A DNA stretch of 64,000 nucleotides from Deferribacterales bacterium (GTDB lineage Bacteria > Chrysiogenota > Deferribacteres > Deferribacterales > Geovibrionaceae). Shown piece after piece: positions 52,008-60,513 of the stretch. Position 1 is the first letter of the stretch. Every line of letters starts with the position of its first letter. The stretch lies in assembly GCA_050253075.1 (NCBI GenBank), contig JBFWJS010000001.1, positions 448,001-512,000 on the forward strand, in the 5' to 3' direction. The position numbers and the translations under genes are program-made. The notes below the pieces were generated by a model. That model ran no database searches, was not told the DNA's origin, and saw nothing but the letters and a program-made list of their open reading frames with translations.

Positions 52008-55000
52008 AAAAAATATTTATATTGTTTATATTGTTTGTTGTAACATCTGTATTCGGGCAGGGCCTTGATGTTAATTTGAAGGGCGAATTAGTCAATTATA
52101 ATTTCCATTATAAAGCAGGCAGCACAATTATGCCTGTGTCTATAACACCGTATGCGGATGGATATTATTTAATTGCAAATTACACGGATGTGTTTTTACT
52201 AAATACCGATACCGGTGATATGTATAAATTTGACATAATTCGTAATGCAGATGAATCAAAAAATTTAGACAGTTTCCATAAATATATTAGAAGTGCTAGC
52301 ACTAATTCGAATGATTTACAGTCACCAAATGTATTATTTATGCCAACAGGATTATTTTATTCCCGAAAATATGAAAAACTGTATGTTGCCAACTATAAGG
52401 GGGATAATATTTTGATATTCAATGTTGACTTGGCTTCGAAAACATTACTTTATCAAGGTGAAATTCAAACAAAAAATACAAAAGGACCAGAAAATGTTTT
52501 TGTAACCAATGACGGAAATTATTTAGCGTGTGCTAATTATGATGGAAGTAGTGTTTCTTTGTTTGAACTTAGTACATATAAAAAGTTTAAAGAGATATGG
52601 AGCACAGATATAGGTCAGGCGCATGGTGTTACAGTTCAAGATGGGTTTGTATATGCTACGGGACTGACAAAAAGGAAAATATACAAGCTAGACATTAAAA
52701 ATGGAAAAATAGTAAAATCTATTGGAAAAATTGGTTCAGACCCTTCAGAAAACGGTTTTTTGTGGCCGACTTCAATAAACAATTTAGACGATGAAAGCCT
52801 TGTAGTGAGTGATGCACATACTGGATACATTTATATTTTAGATAAAGATAGCCTTCATATAAAGTCATACTTTGGTGGGAACTCTCTGGGTTATAATTAC
52901 TTGCATATGCCATATTGTGTTGTTGTTGATGGAGAGAGATATCTTATTGCAAGTACTTTCCAAGATCGAATTGTAGAGGGAAGCATAAAAAACTGGGCTG
53001 CTGAAAAAAGTTTTATTTTTTCAGGTAGGAAATGGGCGTCATTAGATAATAAAGAAATAAATGCATATATAGATAATTATGATGTGTATATTTATAAAAA
53101 AGGGCCAAAACTAAAAATATTAGGCAAAGAATACACTATGGGTTTTGGACACCTGTATCCTGTTGATAAAGATATACCTATATTGAGGTTACCAGATACT
53201 AAATCAATTAATAATAACTCTGGATACTTTTACTTTACAGATTTATTGAAAATTAAGAATTCTAATGTCTTATTTAGTCCTCAATCTAAAGCTGCATTGT
53301 ATATAAAAGAAGTAAAAGGCGTTAATTATGTATTTCCTTTTGAGCTAGATTCAACTGATTATTGGCTGTATGATGGTGCTTTAATTAATTCTATTGGACA
53401 ATTTGACTTATCCACTGTTATGGATGTATTTGATTCTAAAATAGATAATATAGAAAAGTCTAGACATAAGAATGGATTATTGGAACTAATGGACTTCTAC
53501 CAAATATATAATAATGAGAAATGGCCTTTTGTTGATTTTAGTTTTGACGAATTCAATATAAAATTTCAGGAAGTATTTAATACAGCTGCTGGGAAAGAGT
53601 TTTTAAAAGCTTATAATCAAATGTCTATTGATACGTTGCCTGCTGAGATAAAAAATATAGCCGCAAAGTACTACCGAACAGTATTAAGAAATAATTATGT
53701 TGATATGAATGAGTTTTGTATTGTGCAAATGCTAACGGGCTTTGTTACTGATGCTCAAATATTCCAATATAACAGATACATTTTTGAAGGCTGTCAGGGC
53801 ACTAACTATTATGCTGGCTATAGTCCCAAGGCACTTGAAACCGTGTCTATAAACGATTATGTGTCAGCAAATTCTATTCAAGATTCATGTTTTCTTGTTG
53901 AAAATATGAATTATTATGGAGATTTAAAGATAAATATCACATGGTATGATTTAGATCATTACGGTGTAAATTTTGATATTTATGGTTTTAGTGAAAATAA
54001 TAATGAATTTTTATTATTGCCCGTAAAGAATAATGAACCAAGAAATGATAACGGACTAGCAGTAAATACATACCATATTAAAACTAAAAATAAAATTACT
54101 AAACTTAAGTTTATTCTTAAAAGCGCTAATAAGCAAAATCGCTTAATAATGAGAGAATTTGCTATAGCCGAGGACGATAAACAGAATAAAAAAAATACTA
54201 GTAATGCATTTAGCTTAAATGAGCTAATATCTTTAAATAAAAAAGTGAATCAGACAATTATATATGGAACAGGGAAAGATTTTAGAGAGGATCTAATAAA
54301 TGGTAAAGATTATGCCAGTTTGATAAAGGAACTCGGAAGTGGCCATTGTGGTTATTATACTTACCTTTTAATGAGAGAGATTAAGTCTAATAATGAATGG
54401 CGTGGTTATGATATAAAAACATATGATAATAGAGTTCATAGCGTTATAGAAGTAAATATTGGAGGTAAATGGCTAACATTTGATCCAACTCTAGGAATTT
54501 ACTATGACAAGAGTATTAATGAGCTGATTAGTAATAATGAGACTCAACTGAATGGTAGTATTTGTGATCAAGTAGAGATGAGGTTTAAAGGATATTGCGG
54601 CAACTTTTTCTTCAAAGCTGTAGAAAGTTTGAAAATGTATAATTCGTTTGCTGGATATGAGTATAATAAACTTATTAAGAGTAACGTGTTAGTAGGCTCT
54701 GCTGATAGAGTAGCTAAAGGTCACGAACTTGAAAAACTTTATGATGGTAATGCAAACACTTACTTCTCTTCAGCGGGTAATAAAATAGATATCAAACTGA
54801 ATAAAATGCAAGTGTACAAAATTACACTAGAAGCATTGAGGTATTATGATAAGGAAAAAAATGATGAAATCATTATATCGCCTAAGGAAATGGTCTTAAA
54901 TTTATACTGTGATGGTGTTTTAGTTGGGAATTATAAACTTGTAGCTCAGGAACCAAAACTAATGAGTGAGATATATTTTGATAATTCTACTTTGATAGAT

Positions 55001-55075
55001 CAAATAGAGTTGAAAATGGACAAAATGTATAATACGAACTTAGGTTTTGTCCTTAAAAGCATAGATTTATTTTAA
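52004..55075 (+). CDS. Large exported protein: signal peptide, NHL/YVTN-like beta-propeller, discoidin-like domains and a transglutaminase-like core
   Basis: MKKIFILFILFVVTSVFG; PTGL..LYVANY, GPENV..ACANY and WPTSI..VVSD repeats; GHCG..HSVIEV..GKWLTFDPT; LYDGNANTYFSS. Very AT-rich. Confidence 0.7.
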   Translation: MKKIFILFILFVVTSVFGQGLDVNLKGELVNYNFHYKAGSTIMPVSITPYADGYYLIANYTDVFLLNTDTGDMYKFDIIRNADESKNLDSFHKYIRSASTNSNDLQSPNVLFMPTGLFYSRKYEKLYVANYKGDNILIFNVDLASKTLLYQGEIQTKNTKGPENVFVTNDGNYLACANYDGSSVSLFELSTYKKFKEIWSTDIGQAHGVTVQDGFVYATGLTKRKIYKLDIKNGKIVKSIGKIGSDPSENGFLWPTSINNLDDESLVVSDAHTGYIYILDKDSLHIKSYFGGNSLGYNYLHMPYCVVVDGERYLIASTFQDRIVEGSIKNWAAEKSFIFSGRKWASLDNKEINAYIDNYDVYIYKKGPKLKILGKEYTMGFGHLYPVDKDIPILRLPDTKSINNNSGYFYFTDLLKIKNSNVLFSPQSKAALYIKEVKGVNYVFPFELDSTDYWLYDGALINSIGQFDLSTVMDVFDSKIDNIEKSRHKNGLLELMDFYQIYNNEKWPFVDFSFDEFNIKFQEVFNTAAGKEFLKAYNQMSIDTLPAEIKNIAAKYYRTVLRNNYVDMNEFCIVQMLTGFVTDAQIFQYNRYIFEGCQGTNYYAGYSPKALETVSINDYVSANSIQDSCFLVENMNYYGDLKINITWYDLDHYGVNFDIYGFSENNNEFLLLPVKNNEPRNDNGLAVNTYHIKTKNKITKLKFILKSANKQNRLIMREFAIAEDDKQNKKNTSNAFSLNELISLNKKVNQTIIYGTGKDFREDLINGKDYASLIKELGSGHCGYYTYLLMREIKSNNEWRGYDIKTYDNRVHSVIEVNIGGKWLTFDPTLGIYYDKSINELISNNETQLNGSICDQVEMRFKGYCGNFFFKAVESLKMYNSFAGYEYNKLIKSNVLVGSADRVAKGHELEKLYDGNANTYFSSAGNKIDIKLNKMQVYKITLEALRYYDKEKNDEIIISPKEMVLNLYCDGVLVGNYKLVAQEPKLMSEIYFDNSTLIDQIELKMDKMYNTNLGFVLKSIDLF

Positions 55076-55078
55076 TAA

Positions 55079-56281
55079 ATGAAAAGTATTATTTTTATAA
55101 CATATGATTCTCCATATATTGATAGGCGTATTTTGTTAAATGCAAAAATCGCCACAAATATGGGTTATAAAGTGGATATTGTTTGTCCTTGTGCAGATAG
55201 CTCTGTCGACTACGGAGATATCGGGATAATCAACTTGTTTGATACTGTGAATAAAAATAATATTATTCATATTAAGGACCGGATTAAAAAATTTGCCCCT
55301 AACTGGTTCTTCAGATTTGCAAGATTATGCTATAAAAACTTTCTCAATAAAGGCGAGCATATTCCGTTTAAAGAAGCGATGATTGAAAAGGTACTTACTT
55401 TGAAAGCGGATGTCTATGTTGCTAATGATCTTACAACCTTGCCTGCCGGCGTCGCAGCTAAAAAGAAATTTTCTGCAAAGCTAGTTTATGATGCCCATGA
55501 GTTTTATACGGAGCAGATCACTTTGTCAGAAAAGGACAAACACATATTGTCCGAAGTTGAAAAAGATTTAATACATGAGGCAGATAGTATAATTACAGTT
55601 AATGAAGATATTGCTGGACTTTTTACGGAACGCTACGGATGTGCAGGCATAACAGTGATACAAAATATCGTTATATGCGATAAACCGTCTGTACTCTATC
55701 TACATGACCTGATAGGACTTGAAAGAACAGCTAAGATTGTTTTATTTCAAGGTGGTTTGATAGGAAACAGAAACCTTGAAAGTTTAATACATATTGCATC
55801 GAGACTTCATTCGGCTGTTGTCGTGCTCGCAGGGTGGGGAGATAAAGAGAAACAGCTTAAAAAATTAGCTGAGTCGATGAAGATATTGAATAGTAAAGTG
55901 TTTTTTGTCGGTAAAATTTCTCAGGAAGATCTGGTCGCATACGCCGGTTCGGCATCAATTGGTTTAATACCTTATTCAGCGATTGATATTAATACGCAGT
56001 ATTGTACCCCAAATAAACTATATGAATACCTTTGTGCAGAGGTGCCAATTGTTGCGAATACAGGGCTCAAAACGGTTGACCGCATAATTAAAACACTAGA
56101 TTTGGGCATTGCAATCGATTTTAGTAGTTATGATGAAGCAGCCGTTGCCATTGAGAAATTGGTTAAGGATGACGATAAACTTGCCAGATTTAAAGATAAT
56201 ATTAAAAATAATAAAGAATTGTTTTCTTATAATACGCTTGAAAAAGCCTTTGTAGAAATAGTGAAATCATTGGAGATATAA
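55079..56281 (+). CDS. GT4-family glycosyltransferase
   Basis: DRR, ANDL, VYDAHEFYTEQ, FQGG..NRNLE and CTPNKLYEY. Confidence 0.9.
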   Translation: MKSIIFITYDSPYIDRRILLNAKIATNMGYKVDIVCPCADSSVDYGDIGIINLFDTVNKNNIIHIKDRIKKFAPNWFFRFARLCYKNFLNKGEHIPFKEAMIEKVLTLKADVYVANDLTTLPAGVAAKKKFSAKLVYDAHEFYTEQITLSEKDKHILSEVEKDLIHEADSIITVNEDIAGLFTERYGCAGITVIQNIVICDKPSVLYLHDLIGLERTAKIVLFQGGLIGNRNLESLIHIASRLHSAVVVLAGWGDKEKQLKKLAESMKILNSKVFFVGKISQEDLVAYAGSASIGLIPYSAIDINTQYCTPNKLYEYLCAEVPIVANTGLKTVDRIIKTLDLGIAIDFSSYDEAAVAIEKLVKDDDKLARFKDNIKNNKELFSYNTLEKAFVEIVKSLEI

Positions 56282-58174
56282 ATGTGTGGATACCTTTCTT
56301 GGATTTCTAAAACAGAAATAAATGATGAGAATTTTAGAGCTTCTCTCAGAAAAATGGATCATAGAGGTCCGGATGATGAAGGCTTTTTCTTTACTGACGA
56401 CAGACATGTTGCTTTCGGACATAAGCGACTTAGCATCATAGATCCGAAGGCTGGTCAGCAGCCAATGAAAAATAGCACCGGTGATATTGTTGTGATATTC
56501 AATGGTGCTGTTTATAACTTTCTTGAGATCAGACAAGAGCTTATTAGCGAAGGGTATCCTCTTAAGACATTTTCAGACACGGAAGTAATTATATATGCTT
56601 ATGAGAAATGGGGCGAAGGATGCGTTGAAAGATTTAACGGTATGTTTTCGTTCGTCATTTATGACAAGAAGAAGCAAAGGATATTCGCAGCTAGGGATAG
56701 AGTGGGGATTAAACCTTTCTATTACTACTCTTCAGGCAAAGACCTTATAATCGCATCTGAAATTAAAGCGATACTTGAGTGTGATGCTGTCGATACGGCA
56801 GTTGATCAAAAGGGGCTCGTAGACTATTTATCATTTCAGTTCTATTTAAGAGATAAAACGCTTTTTAGAAGTATAAACAGGTTGGAACCGGGTCATAGAA
56901 TGCTCGTTGACCTTACAAAAGACGAGATAAAGCCGGAAATATCCAAATACTGGGACGTGCGGATCAAAAATGATAATTCGCTTAAAACGGAAGAGGACTA
57001 TCTTGAAATCTTTATGGAGCTTCTGAATGATTCCATAAGGCTACGTCTTCGGGCTGATGTCCCTCTGGGAGCTCACCTTAGCGGTGGTCTGGATTCATCA
57101 ACTGTGGCTTCTTTAAATGCTGCAATGCTTGATGGTAAACAGATACAGACATTTACAGGCCGCTTTGATGAAGGTACTGCTTTCGATGAAAGCTATTATG
57201 CTAAAATGGTTGCAAATAAAATCAATGCTCAGTACCACGATATCCTTATCGATCATCAGCAGTTCAGGGATAATTTTGAAAAGATCGTCTGGCATATGGA
57301 TGAGCCTGAAGCCGGTCCCGGTGTATTTCCACAGTTCATGGTATCGCAGTATGCGAAAGATCATGTTAAGGTTATCCTCGGAGGACAGGGCGGGGATGAG
57401 CTTTGTGTTGGTTATGTCAGGTACCTTGTTGCCTATTATGAGGAACAAATGCGTGATGCGATCCTCGGAGATAATGCCGCAGTGAATAATATCAGCAATC
57501 TGTCAGAAATGCTGTATCAGCTGGATGGTTATCAGCCTATGATGAAAGAGCAATACGCATCAGGCTTATTTGGCGAATCTTTTGACCGATATTACAAACT
57601 TGTAAACAGGATGGATTCATTGCAAGGGCTCATCAATGGAGATGTTTTCAGCGCAGCCAACTATTCTCCTTATGAAGAGATGTCAGGCTTGTTGGATCAG
57701 TCCGACTTCAAGAACAGCTCCTATGTGAACCAGATGACATATCTTGACTTTAAAACGTCGCTGCAAGGCCTGCTGCATGTTGAAGACAGGACGAGTATGG
57801 CCAGCTCGATTGAATCCAGAGTCCCTCTCTTAGATCATCGTATAGCAGAATTTATATTTAATCTTCCTATGGATATAAAGTTCAAGAATGGGGAACTCAA
57901 ATATTTCTTTAAAAAAGCGATTAAGAATATTCTTCCCGATGAAGTACTGAACAGAAAAGACAAGAAAGGCTTCCCCACACCGTTGAATATCTGGCTCAAA
58001 GGGCCGCTGAATGACTGGGTGAAAGAGATATTAAACGACAAGAGGACAAAAGAAAGAGGCATATTTGAAAGGAAAAGCCTTGAAACAATGGTGGAGTCAG
58101 AAGGCATGTTTAACAGGTCTGTCTGGGGCGTTCTTAATTTAGAGCTCTGGCACAGGCAGTTTATAGATAAATAA
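56282..58174 (+). CDS. asnB: Asparagine synthetase-like glutamine amidotransferase (probable sugar-carboxyl amidotransferase)
   Basis: N-terminal MCG, HRGPD, RLSIID, FNG, LSGGLDSS, GGDE, DRTSMASSIESRVPLLD and KKGF; located inside the glycan operon. Confidence 0.92.
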   Translation: MCGYLSWISKTEINDENFRASLRKMDHRGPDDEGFFFTDDRHVAFGHKRLSIIDPKAGQQPMKNSTGDIVVIFNGAVYNFLEIRQELISEGYPLKTFSDTEVIIYAYEKWGEGCVERFNGMFSFVIYDKKKQRIFAARDRVGIKPFYYYSSGKDLIIASEIKAILECDAVDTAVDQKGLVDYLSFQFYLRDKTLFRSINRLEPGHRMLVDLTKDEIKPEISKYWDVRIKNDNSLKTEEDYLEIFMELLNDSIRLRLRADVPLGAHLSGGLDSSTVASLNAAMLDGKQIQTFTGRFDEGTAFDESYYAKMVANKINAQYHDILIDHQQFRDNFEKIVWHMDEPEAGPGVFPQFMVSQYAKDHVKVILGGQGGDELCVGYVRYLVAYYEEQMRDAILGDNAAVNNISNLSEMLYQLDGYQPMMKEQYASGLFGESFDRYYKLVNRMDSLQGLINGDVFSAANYSPYEEMSGLLDQSDFKNSSYVNQMTYLDFKTSLQGLLHVEDRTSMASSIESRVPLLDHRIAEFIFNLPMDIKFKNGELKYFFKKAIKNILPDEVLNRKDKKGFPTPLNIWLKGPLNDWVKEILNDKRTKERGIFERKSLETMVESEGMFNRSVWGVLNLELWHRQFIDK

Positions 58175-59385
58175 TGAAAATACTATTTGTTAACGAGTAT
58201 ATAGGAACACCATACCACGGCATGGTGTACAGACAGTACTATCTCGCGAGAGAAATGGTGGCAAGAGGGCATGAGGTCTGGATAGTTACAGCCTCTAATA
58301 CCCATTTGCTGCTTTCACCTCCTAAGGTTGATAAAAACCTTACTCATGATGTTATAGACGGTATAAACTACCTTTGGGTGAAAATGCCGTATTATAAATA
58401 CTCGAAAAGTTTCGCAAGGATACGTAATATGTTCCTATTCATGATAAAACTGCTGCGCCTCGATATCAGTAGGTTTGTCGTGCCTGACTTCATAATAGCT
58501 TCCAGCCCTTCAGTTTTTTCTATAAAAACAGCTCTAAGGTGGAAAAAAAGCACAAATGCAAAAGTTGTATTCGAGATAATGGACATCTGGCCGTTAACGC
58601 TCACGGAGTTTACCGGATTGTCTAAACGGAATCCGCTTATACGCTATATGAAGAGCTGTGAAGAGACTGGTTATCGCAATGCCGATGCAGTTGTTTCGGT
58701 TCTGGGCGGTTTTACCAGATATCTATCTGAGAATGGATACAGTGTGAAAGCCTATGAGTGTATCCCAAACGGCGTCTATCTTAACGAGGATTCGTTTGAA
58801 ACAAGTACAGACTCTAACGACAAGCTGTCAAAGATAGACGGCAACAAGATCACAGTCGGGTATGTCGGTACTCTCGGTATCGCAAATTCGCTGGATAGTT
58901 TTATTAATGCTGCGCTTCTGCTTAAAGAGGACAAACGCTTTCAGTTTGTTCTAGTCGGTGACGGAGGCGAGAGGAGCAGACTCGAAGAGCTCGCCGACGG
59001 TGCAGAGAATATTGTTTTTACAGGTTCTGTGGACAGGAGCGATGTTAAAGCAGTTTATGAGAAACTGGATATATGCTATTTCGGAGTATTGAAAAAGAAA
59101 GTGTTTGAATACGGCATCAGCCCGACCAAGCTACCTGATTACATGTATTCGGGGAAACCTGTGATAGGGGCTGTCTCTGATTATACTGATCTTATCGAAC
59201 GTTCCCGCTGCGGGCTCACAGTTGAGGCCGAGAATATCGAAGAAATAGTATCCGCCATAAAGAAATTAGCGAATGACAAAGAATACTGCAAAGAGATGGG
59301 GGCAAGAGGCCGTTCATACGTCGCTGAGTACTTGTCTTATCCTGCCTTGTCAGAAAAGTTTATTAAATTTCTTCAAAGCCTATAA
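58174..59385 (+). CDS. GT4-family glycosyltransferase (WbuB-like)
   Basis: LAREMVARGHEV, DIWPLTL, IPNG, YVGTLGIAN and SPTKLPDYMYSGKP. Confidence 0.9.
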   Translation: MKILFVNEYIGTPYHGMVYRQYYLAREMVARGHEVWIVTASNTHLLLSPPKVDKNLTHDVIDGINYLWVKMPYYKYSKSFARIRNMFLFMIKLLRLDISRFVVPDFIIASSPSVFSIKTALRWKKSTNAKVVFEIMDIWPLTLTEFTGLSKRNPLIRYMKSCEETGYRNADAVVSVLGGFTRYLSENGYSVKAYECIPNGVYLNEDSFETSTDSNDKLSKIDGNKITVGYVGTLGIANSLDSFINAALLLKEDKRFQFVLVGDGGERSRLEELADGAENIVFTGSVDRSDVKAVYEKLDICYFGVLKKKVFEYGISPTKLPDYMYSGKPVIGAVSDYTDLIERSRCGLTVEAENIEEIVSAIKKLANDKEYCKEMGARGRSYVAEYLSYPALSEKFIKFLQSL

Positions 59386-59503
59386 ACGATATATTTGACA
59401 ATATTATGACACTGTCTAAAAAAAACAACAGTGCTATTAATTAAATCTGTTGCATTTTGTCCACAATTTTATTACAAATAACTGTTTTGAGCGGAAATTT
59501 AGT

Positions 59504-59519
59504 TGGCATGTTAATTGCT
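59504..59519 (+). promoter_or_regulatory. Putative sigma54 (-24/-12) promoter of lpxC
   Basis: TGGCAT-GTTAA-TTGCT with correct GG/GC spacing, 25 nt upstream of the lpxC ATG. Confidence 0.7.
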
Positions 59520-59544
59520 TTTAAAACATGCTAGCGGAGGCGTA

Positions 59545-60450
59545 ATGAAACAGAGAACCTTAAAGAATGTAATAGAGATGGAGAGCGTAGGACTTCACAC
59601 CGGTGAAATGATGCGTGTTACTATCCATCCTGCATACCCTGATACAGGTATCTGCTTCAGAAGGACAGACGTAGACTGTGAGTACACAAGAGTCTCTCCT
59701 TACAACGTTTCATCCACTACACTTGCGACTACTATCCAATGCGGGAATCATACTATCAGCACAATAGAGCACCTTAAAGCAGCCCTTTACGGACTCGGTG
59801 TAGACAATGCTAAGGTAGATGTATCCGGACCTGAAATACCGGTTTTCGACGGTTCTGCGGTTCCTTTCGTTGAAGCTATCCTTAACACTGGAATAGTAGA
59901 ACAGGCAAAAGCAAGAAAATTCATCAAATTTAAAAAGCGCATAAGACTTGAGAAAGACGGCAAGTGGATAGAGATCATCCCTTCCAGATTTTTCAAAGTT
60001 ACATTCGATATAGATTTCGACAACGAATCAATAGGCCAGCAGAAGGCTTACTTCAATGTTACCCCCGATGCATTCGCTAAAGATATAGCTCCTGCGAGGA
60101 CATTCGGCTTCAGACAGGAAGTAGAGCAGCTCTGGGCTATGGGGCTCGCAAAGGGCGGCAGTCTCGACACTGCAGTCGTAATTGACGGCTCTGACGTTAT
60201 GAACCCTGAAGGTCTTAGATTCCGTGACGAATTCGTAAGACACAAGATACTCGACCTCGTGGGTGATATATCTCTGCTCGGATATCCTATATTCGGTCAT
60301 ATCAGAGCATATAAATCAGGTCACAACCTGAACAACCTGTTTGCCAGAACTCTTATCGAGTCTGCAAATTTTTACTCAATAGTCGAACTTCCGGACAACG
60401 ATCCGGCTGTTATAAATAATCTAGAACTCAAACCACAGGGGATATCCTGA
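59545..60450 (+). CDS. lpxC: UDP-3-O-acyl-GlcNAc deacetylase
   Basis: KQRTL, GLHTG, TIEHL, EIPVFDGSA, ARTFGF, HKILDLVGD and GHNLN; GGAGG before ATG 59545. Confidence 0.97.
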   Translation: MKQRTLKNVIEMESVGLHTGEMMRVTIHPAYPDTGICFRRTDVDCEYTRVSPYNVSSTTLATTIQCGNHTISTIEHLKAALYGLGVDNAKVDVSGPEIPVFDGSAVPFVEAILNTGIVEQAKARKFIKFKKRIRLEKDGKWIEIIPSRFFKVTFDIDFDNESIGQQKAYFNVTPDAFAKDIAPARTFGFRQEVEQLWAMGLAKGGSLDTAVVIDGSDVMNPEGLRFRDEFVRHKILDLVGDISLLGYPIFGHIRAYKSGHNLNNLFARTLIESANFYSIVELPDNDPAVINNLELKPQGIS

Positions 60451-60513
60451 TAACCGAAGATGAAAAGCAGCGTTTTCGGTTTTCAGGTGTCCTGATCAAA
60501 TTCTAACTTATCA

